The notes beneath the pieces were generated by a model, which did no database searches, was not told the origin of the DNA, and was given only the letters and a program-made list of their open reading frames with translations. Both the position numbers and the translations under genes were made by a program. This document shows, in pieces, positions 20,611 to 29,222 of a DNA stretch of 64,000 nt. The stretch lies in IMG/VR virus record IMGVR_UViG_3300021962_000025, positions 32,001-96,000 of that record. One strand, written 5' to 3'. This DNA is from a virus. The first letter of the stretch is position 1, and each line of letters opens with the position of its first letter.

Positions 20611-20990
20611 TACATTTGATATTTTTGGGATCCACTTCCTTGTGGTTCATCATCTTCCTTCATAAGTTTCTCCAATAACTGTCTGTCTTCTTCAGTTAGA
20701 TCTAATTTTCCTCCGTTTTGGATTTGTCCACCTCCACTTTGTTTTAATAATACACTTTGTAGTTTTACTAAGGAGATTTTCTTTTCGGTACAATCATTAA
20801 GAATTTTTTGTTGTTCTTTAATCACGGGACCAATAACACTCATGTCTTCGGCCTCCTTCATAAAACTCAACATCTTCTTGGTTATTAAATTGGCGGTTTG
20901 CTTCTGCTCCACAATATCATTGTAGATTTCCTGCATTAAAGAGAGTGCAGAATCAGTATCTAATGATAATAAATTTGTCTTTCTTCTCAT
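20610..20990 (-). CDS. Hypothetical helical protein (weak small-terminase candidate)
   Basis: 126 aa, two long helices; TATTTATA box 3 nt before the ATG. Confidence 0.6.
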   Translation of the reverse strand: MRRKTNLLSLDTDSALSLMQEIYNDIVEQKQTANLITKKMLSFMKEAEDMSVIGPVIKEQQKILNDCTEKKISLVKLQSVLLKQSGGGQIQNGGKLDLTEEDRQLLEKLMKEDDEPQGSGSQKYQM

Positions 20991-21009
20991 ACCTATAAAT
21001 AGATTGTTT

Positions 21010-21711
21010 CTAATTATTTATGAAATCCAACTTTAACAACTCATAAAGTTTTTTATACTTTTTCATCGCTACACGGATCTCTTTAGTACTTAAAGAAGTC
21101 ATCTCTCTAAGAGATAATAGTATTAAATTCTTATTGAATTTATTACCGTCACCTTGTTGGAAAATCTTATCGAAGTTTGAAAAGACCTCGATAAGGGCGT
21201 ATCCCAATTTTTTTTCATTATCATTAAGATCTTCATTTTCCACAAAATTTTCTAACTCTGTGGTGAGTTTAATAACAATGTTTTTATAGTCTAACTCCTC
21301 TTCATCTATAACATATGAGAGGTCGGCACGATCCTCCAATCGTGTTGAGATGTCTTCATATGAAACGGATCTATTTGTTTCTTTTACATCTTTTTGTATG
21401 GTACCCATAAGATAGTTCTTACAGATTGTACCAAAATAGGAGTATGCTTTATAGTTTTTCGTAGTATCAAACTTACTGATCTTAGTCATCAAGAATGACA
21501 TAGTATCAGTGTGAATTTCTTCAAACTCGTAATCTTTCCTATAAAGTTTATAACGGCGGATTATACTTTCCACCATTATTGTGAGAGGTTCTTCTAAATA
21601 TTCTCTGAATATCTTATTCTTTTCGTCTTCGTTTTCGGATTCTAAGTATCGTACTACCGCTTGTTCTTGCTCCTCCCCAAAATACATTTTTTGGGTGCGT
21701 TTTCTCGGCAT
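21010..21711 (-). CDS. RNA polymerase sigma factor, gp55-like (putative late sigma)
   Basis: MYFGEEQEQAVVRY and a region-2-like KISKFDTTKNYKAYSYFGTICKNYL segment (FDxxK..AxSYF pattern of gp55/sigma70 family); no clear region 4. Confidence 0.7.
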   Translation of the reverse strand: MPRKRTQKMYFGEEQEQAVVRYLESENEDEKNKIFREYLEEPLTIMVESIIRRYKLYRKDYEFEEIHTDTMSFLMTKISKFDTTKNYKAYSYFGTICKNYLMGTIQKDVKETNRSVSYEDISTRLEDRADLSYVIDEEELDYKNIVIKLTTELENFVENEDLNDNEKKLGYALIEVFSNFDKIFQQGDGNKFNKNLILLSLREMTSLSTKEIRVAMKKYKKLYELLKLDFINN

Positions 21712-22496
21712 TAACTTTCAGCGTATTCAATATCTCGTTTAGTCTTAAAGAAGAATTCTTTTTTGGCTGTTTCTAACCAAAATTTAGGTTCTTCAGAAGA
21801 TAGTTTTAAATTTTCATCGTTTTTATATGACCAAAACAACGAACCTTCTCTAAAGTTGACGTGTCTGTACCCAACTTGTGGGATAACGGCAACCTTGACA
21901 CCATTGTGAGTTAACCTTAATAAAAACTCATAACTAAATGTCAGTTTAATGTTTTCTTTAAAAGACCCATTCTCTTTGATCACATCTGTTTTATAGAGAC
22001 CTCCACTAGTTTGGTAGTTTTGGTAATCTAATAAAACCTCATTATCTATAATACCTTGTTTTTCACTAAACCCGTAAGCCCACACAGACTCGTTAGTGAA
22101 ACTAGTCATTTTACCCTCAACGTTAACATCCTTAACAATTGGTAAGAATACGTCTGCGTCCTCAAACATTTCTCTATAGTTTGTAAATGATTTTAACCAA
22201 TTTGATGTATACTCATCATCTACTTCTAAAATTGAAAACCATTCGGTTTTACAACTATTGATTCCAAGATTTACTTGAGAACAAAAATCGGTAGGACCGG
22301 TGTTAATTGTGAATTCAATGTCTAACTTATCTGTAAGACCTCCTCTGGTGAGATCCCCGATTGCGTTTGATGGACCAACTATTTGGAGTATCACGTCATC
22401 GTGGAACTGTTCCACAGAAGAAATTGCTCTATTTAACATCTCCTGATATTCTCCTTCAAGAGTATGTATTGGTAATATTATTGTTATATTTTTCAT
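21711..22496 (-). CDS. Glycosyltransferase family 2 (GT-A)
   Basis: ITIILPIH N-terminal strand, NLGINSCKTEWFSILEVDD (DxD-like) and a C-terminal YRH motif. Confidence 0.8.
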   Translation of the reverse strand: MKNITIILPIHTLEGEYQEMLNRAISSVEQFHDDVILQIVGPSNAIGDLTRGGLTDKLDIEFTINTGPTDFCSQVNLGINSCKTEWFSILEVDDEYTSNWLKSFTNYREMFEDADVFLPIVKDVNVEGKMTSFTNESVWAYGFSEKQGIIDNEVLLDYQNYQTSGGLYKTDVIKENGSFKENIKLTFSYEFLLRLTHNGVKVAVIPQVGYRHVNFREGSLFWSYKNDENLKLSSEEPKFWLETAKKEFFFKTKRDIEYAES

Positions 22497-23563
22497 ACGT
22501 TTACTTCCTCTTTTAATTTATTCAAAACATTCTCAATTGATGTTACTCTACTATTTCTAAAAGAGTTGAAAATTGAGATTATATTTTGATCTATTACATC
22601 TTCGGCATAAGGAATAAGAGTTTCTTTCATTTTTTCCTTAACCTCGTCGTTAATGGTGATTCCTTCTAACCAAGCTAAAACATATGTTCCCATGAATTCG
22701 ACAATTTTACTTAAATCATAGGACCATAAACCATTTTCATTAACCCAGTCTGGTTCCGTATTAGGGACCTTACCAATGACAGGTACTTCACATTTCATCG
22801 ATTCTAAAGGAAACGTACCAAACGTAGACTCCTCATCCAACCAAACAGAACAAATACATTCTTTTAGTTGGTCGGCAAATTCCGTGTAAGGCATCTGTAC
22901 CATATCTTTAAAAGTAATCCACCTTAATTGTGGGTACTTTAAATAAAATTCAGATATAACTCTTCTGTGTTGTCCCCTATCTCTAGCACTAATGGCTATA
23001 AATGGTTTTGTTGGTGTTTCTGACGGCTTAAAGATATCCCCTATTTTGGGTGGATTGACAAAGATGAAAGATTCGGGGAATACTGATTTAATATATTCTT
23101 TGGATCTCTCTGTAGTCGTGATAACCTTATCAAAACCATAATCACTCCATCTACTACCAACAGGTAACGTTTCAAAAATATACTCTGTTTGTTGTACTAA
23201 CATGATCTTAGTACATTTTATATTAGATAGTTGTTCTAAAACATTAGAATAATACTCAGGTACAACAATAACATCGTCAATACCCATCTCAAGTTTATCC
23301 TCTTTTATAGTAACAACAGGAATATCATTATATGTATCACCCATCCAAGCTCTTACACCTGAATAGTTCTTATCCTCAACAAGGATTTTCGCATCTATAC
23401 CATACTCTCTTAGGGTTTTCACAGAGTCATATATGTATTTGATTGCGGCCCTGGCATTTCCTTTCGTATCATATGTTAGGAAATAAATTTTGTATTCATT
23501 ACTGTTTAATCTAGAGAGGGCATTCTCTAATTTTGTAATGTTTTCTTGTGTTTTATCACTCAT
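22493..23563 (-). CDS. Glycosyltransferase, GT-B fold (GT4-like)
   Basis: DEESTFGTFPLESMKCEVPVIG matches the GT4 ExFG..xEAMxxGxPVI motif. Confidence 0.75.
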   Translation of the reverse strand: MSDKTQENITKLENALSRLNSNEYKIYFLTYDTKGNARAAIKYIYDSVKTLREYGIDAKILVEDKNYSGVRAWMGDTYNDIPVVTIKEDKLEMGIDDVIVVPEYYSNVLEQLSNIKCTKIMLVQQTEYIFETLPVGSRWSDYGFDKVITTTERSKEYIKSVFPESFIFVNPPKIGDIFKPSETPTKPFIAISARDRGQHRRVISEFYLKYPQLRWITFKDMVQMPYTEFADQLKECICSVWLDEESTFGTFPLESMKCEVPVIGKVPNTEPDWVNENGLWSYDLSKIVEFMGTYVLAWLEGITINDEVKEKMKETLIPYAEDVIDQNIISIFNSFRNSRVTSIENVLNKLKEEVNV

Positions 23564-23846
23564 CGTATTTTCTTAAAATTCCGTATTTTATTAGCGTGTT
23601 AAATGAAAACTTAAACGGGATTGATAACTCGTTCGTTAACAACCCCAATCCATTATCATCTTGAGCACCTTCAGTTAATAATGTGTCTAAACATTGTTTA
23701 ATGGTGTCATATTTAAACACATTTATTGATTGTTCCACTTGTTGTGGTTTTTCATCATCATTTGCTATCGGTTCGACAGTCATTTCACAACTTTCAGTAA
23801 TCTTGTCAATGTCGATATAATAATATTCTCCGAAGATTTCAACCAT
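23556..23846 (-). CDS. Hypothetical protein
   Basis: 96-aa ORF; its stop overlaps the GT start and its start lies inside the HAD-like gene. Confidence 0.6.
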   Translation of the reverse strand: MVEIFGEYYYIDIDKITESCEMTVEPIANDDEKPQQVEQSINVFKYDTIKQCLDTLLTEGAQDDNGLGLLTNELSIPFKFSFNTLIKYGILRKYDE

Positions 23847-24430
23847 GTCTCATCTATTTCTGTTAATTTATGTATTTCTAAGGGATTTGTAAAGTGTTGG
23901 TTATAATCTGTATTAAATTTGATAACCTTTTTGTTTTTTGGTTTCTGACTAATAATAGGCTCAGAATCTGTAACCCACAAATCACATTGTTTCCATAGAT
24001 TTGGTATTTCAGAACTTATTGAGAACCTCACATTGTTACCCATAAAACCATTTCTGGATAAAAAGAATAATGTTGATGGTTTTGCTTTCCCTAATTCATC
24101 CAATCCAATCAAAGTAAATCTGTGTTCCTTATTTTGATAAATTAAATTATTTAAATCCAAAAAAACGTTAGGATAACTCCCATTTGCGTGTCCAAAGATT
24201 TCTACCGAATAGTCTATGAAAGTGAAATTATCAAATTCGTCTTTTGATTGGAATCGATAACTTTCTAATAGATGGTTATTTCTAACAGGTTCGGTTACTG
24301 CGTAGTCAAATTGATTCTCCTCGTCCGTTTTTTCCTCGGGCTCCGAATCTAAGTAATAATCTTTGTAGTGATAATCAAACTTAGCAATTGTGTTCCTTAA
24401 TACACCATCTATACTGATAAAAATTTCCAT
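23780..24430 (-). CDS. HAD-fold 5'(3')-nucleotidase-like protein with altered motif I
   Basis: IFISIDGVLRN (DxDGV with the first Asp replaced by Ser); C-terminal LWVTDSE and FNTDYN resemble the NT5C family. Confidence 0.6.
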   Translation of the reverse strand: MEIFISIDGVLRNTIAKFDYHYKDYYLDSEPEEKTDEENQFDYAVTEPVRNNHLLESYRFQSKDEFDNFTFIDYSVEIFGHANGSYPNVFLDLNNLIYQNKEHRFTLIGLDELGKAKPSTLFFLSRNGFMGNNVRFSISSEIPNLWKQCDLWVTDSEPIISQKPKNKKVIKFNTDYNQHFTNPLEIHKLTEIDETWLKSSENIIISTLTRLLKVVK

Positions 24431-24467
24431 AAACTTAATATAATAAATTTTTTATTATAAGTAAAGG

Positions 24468-25166
24468 TTAGTCATATCTTTTTAGGATTTGACTAATTAT
24501 GGGGTTTCTAACAATGTCGTTATCCCCGAATTCAAAGACGCCAATATTCTTAACTCCTGCCAATCTAACTTTAGCGTCATAAAGACCACTCTTAGTTTTG
24601 TCTTTAAACTTATCTGATTGTTCTAAGTCACCCGAAATAAAGAACTTAGTATTAAATCCAATACGGGTTAATAACAATTTCATTTGTGCGGGTGTTGCGT
24701 TTTGTGCCTCTTCAAAAATCAGAATTGTATTATCTACGTTCCATCCTCTCATATATGCCAATGCAGCAACCTCTATATATCCCTCATCTTTGAGTTTTTC
24801 TCTACACTCCTTACCGATTATTTTATTTAATAGATAATATGATGGGAAGATGTAGGGATCTAATTTTTCCTCTAATCCACCAGGTAATGACCCTAATTTT
24901 TCTTCTGCTTCGACGGCCGGTCTAACAATAATTATTTTTTCGTATTTGTTGTCATCGTCATGTAATAGATCTACCGCCTTTTTCATGGCGATATATGATT
25001 TACCCACACCCGCAGGACCGAAACACAAAGTAATTTCGTTATTATGTAAAATGTCCCAATATTCTCTTTGAGAATCTGTTAGGAATTTTTCTCTTGGTTT
25101 CTTAAAGATTTCTCTGATTTTCTCTTTATGTGTTAACCGTCTTTCAATAGGTCTTCTTTGAGCCAT
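24468..25166 (-). CDS. phoH: PhoH-family ATPase
   Basis: FGPAGVGKS, IVRPAVEAEEKLGSLPG, LAYMRG, FEEAQN, TRIG and GDLEQSD motifs. Confidence 0.95.
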   Translation of the reverse strand: MAQRRPIERRLTHKEKIREIFKKPREKFLTDSQREYWDILHNNEITLCFGPAGVGKSYIAMKKAVDLLHDDDNKYEKIIIVRPAVEAEEKLGSLPGGLEEKLDPYIFPSYYLLNKIIGKECREKLKDEGYIEVAALAYMRGWNVDNTILIFEEAQNATPAQMKLLLTRIGFNTKFFISGDLEQSDKFKDKTKSGLYDAKVRLAGVKNIGVFEFGDNDIVRNPIISQILKRYD

Positions 25167-25190
25167 TAATATTATTTCGTATTATTTAAT

Positions 25191-25805
25191 TTATTTTCCA
25201 GTGGAACCAAACCCACCATTACCTCTTTCACTATCACTTAGTTCTTCCACTTCTGTGAAAACTACATTAGGATACGGTATTACCATTATTTGTACAATTC
25301 GATCACCCACATCGTATTTGATAGAGTCTAAACCGTTTGTTTTATTAAATGTCGCTTGGATCTCACCTCGATATCCACTATCTATTACACCAACGGAATT
25401 ACTTAACTCTAATTCCATTTTTCTTATTGATGATCTTGGGAACACCAACCCAACGTAACCTTTTGGTATTTCAACCGCAATACCCGTCCCATACGTAACT
25501 TGAGATGTAGTATTACCGATGATTTCTGTTGCGGTGATATCCATACCGGCATCTCCCTCTTTAGAATATGAAGGGATAACGGCGTTGGGGTGTAACTTCT
25601 TTATTTTACATGATAATTTGACTGAATCTAACAGTCTTTCACCATTTACAAACTCAGTAGCGTCATTAGACAATGAACCTAAGACGTTTTCAATTTCTTT
25701 GATATACTCGTCATCAACATCATCACTAGTGGATAGTGTTCTCTCGAAATCCTCTAATTTTTCTAAGTATTGTCTTATTAGTTTTTCATCCATGTTTTTG
25801 TTCAA
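25191..25805 (-). CDS. dut: dUTPase (trimeric) with N-terminal acidic extension
   Basis: GDAGMD, PRSS, NSVGVIDSGYRGEI, GDRIVQ and RGNGGFGSTG: all five motifs present. Confidence 0.95.
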   Translation of the reverse strand: MNKNMDEKLIRQYLEKLEDFERTLSTSDDVDDEYIKEIENVLGSLSNDATEFVNGERLLDSVKLSCKIKKLHPNAVIPSYSKEGDAGMDITATEIIGNTTSQVTYGTGIAVEIPKGYVGLVFPRSSIRKMELELSNSVGVIDSGYRGEIQATFNKTNGLDSIKYDVGDRIVQIMVIPYPNVVFTEVEELSDSERGNGGFGSTGK

Positions 25806-26346
25806 ATATTGCTAACTCAAACCCTTGTTTTACAACTTGGGCCAATGGTGTTGAGTGATACTTTGCTTGTAGATCATCGTCACCTTTATCAGAATTCACT
25901 ATTGTTTGATATTCTTCTTCAGTTAAACTAACCCCGTACTTAGAACAATAGTATGCCGATCTTTCACCCACTCTCATGGAAACTAATTGATCATTAAATT
26001 CATACATTTTACCTAAGTTCTTTCTGTGCCACTCACTCTCATTTGGTTTAAATAAGAATACTTTTCCTATCTGAGAAAGGATGGTACATTTTAAAATAGA
26101 TGACACATCTTGTTGTAGTTTCTCGGGTAAGAGACCGTTCACCTTAACCGCATATTTTGATGCGATGAAGATATGTTCTAATAACCCACCAGGGTATGCA
26201 CCGTACATATCAAGGGAAGTAGAAGCGGGTGCGACATAAAGGTCGTCACCCAAGAATTCTAACAAAGATTCCGTTAGAACACCATACTTCTCGGATGTCT
26301 CTAATAATTTAGATTTATTTTTTTCTATTTGTTCTTTATTCAACAT
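25786..26346 (-). CDS. HD-domain-like protein with degenerate HD motif
   Basis: YPGGLLEH matches GGLxxH of YhaM-like HD proteins; the expected LHDIGK reads LSQIGK. Confidence 0.6.
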   Translation of the reverse strand: MLNKEQIEKNKSKLLETSEKYGVLTESLLEFLGDDLYVAPASTSLDMYGAYPGGLLEHIFIASKYAVKVNGLLPEKLQQDVSSILKCTILSQIGKVFLFKPNESEWHRKNLGKMYEFNDQLVSMRVGERSAYYCSKYGVSLTEEEYQTIVNSDKGDDDLQAKYHSTPLAQVVKQGFELAIFEQKHG

Positions 26347-26351
26347 AATAA

Positions 26352-26585
26352 TTAACCTTTGTAATACTCGGGAGTTATTTTAGAGTCAATGACACATTCA
26401 ATTTGCATCTTGGCAATTGAAATACTTTCACTTGATCTCATATCTTCTGACCGATACTTTGATAATACTAATGTCGCCTCTTCAACGGACTCCGCTTCAA
26501 CGACGTACTTAACTTTTTGGACTCTTGGGTTACCTGATCTGTCCAATTGTTCTAATTCATAACCTACTGTTGCTAAATAATACAT
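26352..26585 (-). CDS. DUF4494-like small protein
   Basis: YLATVGYE...GNPRVQKVKYVVEAESVEEA resembles the Bacteroidota DUF4494 pattern (recognised from memory). Confidence 0.5.
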   Translation of the reverse strand: MYYLATVGYELEQLDRSGNPRVQKVKYVVEAESVEEATLVLSKYRSEDMRSSESISIAKMQIECVIDSKITPEYYKG

Positions 26586-26594
26586 AATTTTAAT

Positions 26595-27821
26595 TTATTT
26601 AATTATTGATTTTAAGAATTCCACTCTGTTTTTAGAAACAGTGGAGAGGGAATATTTGTCTTTCACTGTTTCGTATAATCTATTACCAAGATCCTCAATC
26701 ATATTCGGATTGTCAACTAATTTTTTCATATGTTGGAACCACTGTTTGTGATTTTTGGATGATTGTACTAATAAACCATTACCCTTATCGGTAAATTTAC
26801 CGTCTTCCCACGCGTTTACAACATCAAGTAGATAAGGATTCTCGGCGGTCGCAATTATTGCTTTCTTATGAAATCCCGCCTCAATTACTTTTAGTTGTGA
26901 CTTCTGTTCGTTGAATTCGGTTTTAACCAACGGAGCCAAAGAAACATCAAAATAATTGTAATTGGTGGCGTACTTGTTTATGTCCATAGTCCATCTACGA
27001 ACATACGGCTGATCTAAATCATTGGGGTAAGGGGTTTGGGACCAACTATTCAGATAATTCGAATAGTCGGAATCTAAAGATTTATAATCGTTTGTGAAGA
27101 TTTTTTCATATTTAAACCATACAGTTTCTTCCGGTTTAATTGGTCTTTCTCTTACTTCACCTGTTAATTTATTAATCTCCCTCATGTTACCTCTCAGATC
27201 GAATCCACAAAGAACGAATTGGGTAGTACCCTTATATTGGTTTTGAATTTGACTTATTCCTCCTCGTAATAACTCTAAATCATGGAGATGTGAGGACCCA
27301 CCTAACCAACCAAACCTGACTTTATCCGATTTAATTGGGTTGGGTTTGAATTGTGGGTCAGTTTCATCAACCGCGTTAGGGAAAACAAACACATTTTTTT
27401 GTCCTAACAGTTTTTTTATTGTGTTCGCATAAACGGGAGTTGTTGTAGTCACATAATCCGCGGATCTGATAAATTCACCACGTTTTTTTGGTAGTTCTGC
27501 CTTTCTGAAAGATTCATAGTTTGGGTGTCTTTGATCGATTCTCCAAAAATCATCGGTATCCATAACAACTTTAATCCCTTTACTCTTCAACCATGAAATT
27601 CTTTTCATGTTTTCTTCATGACTTGACTTATGGATGAAACTATGAAAAACAACAATATCATAATTTTTAAAATAGTCGTCATCGTTAGGCACATCGAATA
27701 CAATATCCACATGTACCTCACTTGAGTGATTATCTCCGATAAAGGTAAAAGGATCTATGATTCTAAATTTCCCAACCCCATGTGAATCCGAGGGTATGGC
27801 TAATACTCTAACTTTTGACAT
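26595..27821 (-). CDS. Glycosyltransferase, GT-B fold
   Basis: RFGWLGGSSHLHDL and FDVSLAPLVKTEFNEQKSQLKVIEAG are typical of phage GT4-like enzymes. Confidence 0.85.
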   Translation of the reverse strand: MSKVRVLAIPSDSHGVGKFRIIDPFTFIGDNHSSEVHVDIVFDVPNDDDYFKNYDIVVFHSFIHKSSHEENMKRISWLKSKGIKVVMDTDDFWRIDQRHPNYESFRKAELPKKRGEFIRSADYVTTTTPVYANTIKKLLGQKNVFVFPNAVDETDPQFKPNPIKSDKVRFGWLGGSSHLHDLELLRGGISQIQNQYKGTTQFVLCGFDLRGNMREINKLTGEVRERPIKPEETVWFKYEKIFTNDYKSLDSDYSNYLNSWSQTPYPNDLDQPYVRRWTMDINKYATNYNYFDVSLAPLVKTEFNEQKSQLKVIEAGFHKKAIIATAENPYLLDVVNAWEDGKFTDKGNGLLVQSSKNHKQWFQHMKKLVDNPNMIEDLGNRLYETVKDKYSLSTVSKNRVEFLKSIIK

Positions 27822-27839
27822 ATAATTTCGTTATATATC

Positions 27840-27871
27840 AAAATATAAGAAAAAAAAAGTAAGAAATCAAT
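27840..27871 (-). promoter_or_regulatory. Host-type (Bacteroidota sigma-70-like) promoter
   Basis: Minus strand ATTG, 20-nt spacer, TATATTTT, ending 18 nt above the GT start; close to TTTG-N19-21-TAnnTTTG. Confidence 0.5.
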
Positions 27872-27873
27872 CC

Positions 27874-28482
27874 TTACTTACTTTTATTTACTCCTGTGAT
27901 TTTACCTTTAAAGATGGAATCTCCTACTTTTAAGACCAAGTTTTCATTGATAGATGCGGTCTGTTGTGCTGTGAGTAGAAGAGTTAATTTACGATCGACG
28001 ATTTCCTCTAATGTATCTTTAATCGTTTCCTTTATAAGGGATTTGATCTCCTCGTTAAGTGAGGTGTTGGGTTGGGTGATTGTACCGACTGGTTGTTGAT
28101 TTGATAGTGGGGTTTTTTTAGTTGATAAACCTTCTCTCTCCATTAATTTTTTGGCACCCTCAACAAATTTTAAATCTAACCCATCCGATAATGAAATGTT
28201 ATCCATTGTTGGTATTGGGTTCTTTATCATCGCCTCCTTTATAGATTCGGGCAATTTTGAATTCCTAATTTTGTCTTCATTAACAATTGGTGATGAGACC
28301 GATTTAGGTTTTGATGGGTTCTGATTTGACATTAAGACTTCTGGAGATTCCAATAATGCTGATGGGTCTATATTACCCTTAGTGAACGTTCCTCCGTCCA
28401 CTACATTCATAACTTTTTTGGCATTAACGAGTTTCCTCATAAGATCATTCTCGTTTATAACTCCTGTTCCTTGTTGTGACAT
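27874..28482 (-). CDS. Hypothetical protein
   Basis: 202-aa ORF with INE/LLE/LNE motifs. Confidence 0.7.
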   Translation of the reverse strand: MSQQGTGVINENDLMRKLVNAKKVMNVVDGGTFTKGNIDPSALLESPEVLMSNQNPSKPKSVSSPIVNEDKIRNSKLPESIKEAMIKNPIPTMDNISLSDGLDLKFVEGAKKLMEREGLSTKKTPLSNQQPVGTITQPNTSLNEEIKSLIKETIKDTLEEIVDRKLTLLLTAQQTASINENLVLKVGDSIFKGKITGVNKSK

Positions 28483-28517
28483 ATTTTAAAACTTTATATA
28501 ATATAACAATTTTATTT

Positions 28518-29222
28518 TTAATTATAAAGTAATTCTTTGATTCTCTTTATATTCTCGTTCAAACCATCGTAGTTGTTGTCCTCCCCGTCTTGGTCGTTAT
28601 CTTGGTCGTCACCTTTAGGTGGTTCCATACTTGGGGTATTTTCGGGTTCGGGTTGAGGTAGTTCATTTGATTGTGGTTCAACGGATTGTTCGGGTTCTGT
28701 GGTGTCGACTCTTTGGGGATCCGTATCTTGAACTCTTGGTTCTTGTGGTTCTGATTGTTGTGTGGGTTCTGATTTCGGTTCTTCAGGTTTTTGAGGTTCA
28801 GGTGTTGAGGACCAATCAGACGTGACATAAGTAACTAACATTGAGTTATCATTCCCTTCTTTATAACCAGGTCTCTTAACGTCAAACGTCTCATCCTCAA
28901 AGATCTCTATTTGATTCATTCTAGAAACAATGAAAGTTCTCCAATTACCCTTTTCAAATCCTGTCTTAGATCTTGAAGGTGGTGCCACCCAAGCCCTAAC
29001 AATCATTTTGCCTGTTTTGGAAGATCCCATGGCAACCATTTCGGCTTTGATCCTTTTACCTGGTTGTACCTCACCTCGTGGTCCATTATAAAAGAATGTC
29101 ACGGGATGTCTTTTTTTAATTGCGTTGGCTAAAGACCCGGGTCTTCCGGTTTTCCTATTAAGGGTTGCAGGTACTTTCTGCTCCCCCAATAAAAAGTTAT
29201 ATATGTCTTTAATTAACTTCAT
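28518..29222 (-). CDS. WYL-domain-like protein with disordered C-terminal tail
   Basis: AIKKRHPVTFFY...AMG...VRAW...WRTFIVSRM...F...RPGY follows the WYL pattern; Pro/Glu/Gln-rich tail ending LNENIKRIKELLYN. Confidence 0.65.
   Translation of the reverse strand: MKLIKDIYNFLLGEQKVPATLNRKTGRPGSLANAIKKRHPVTFFYNGPRGEVQPGKRIKAEMVAMGSSKTGKMIVRAWVAPPSRSKTGFEKGNWRTFIVSRMNQIEIFEDETFDVKRPGYKEGNDNSMLVTYVTSDWSSTPEPQKPEEPKSEPTQQSEPQEPRVQDTDPQRVDTTEPEQSVEPQSNELPQPEPENTPSMEPPKGDDQDNDQDGEDNNYDGLNENIKRIKELLYN

Noticed and set aside
23780-26346. HD protein, dUTPase and HAD as a 2-aminoadenine (DatZ/MazZ/PurZ) or other base-substitution cluster
   Set aside because: No PurZ or base-modifying synthase in the window, the dUTPase is an ordinary trimeric type, and the HD motif is degenerate.
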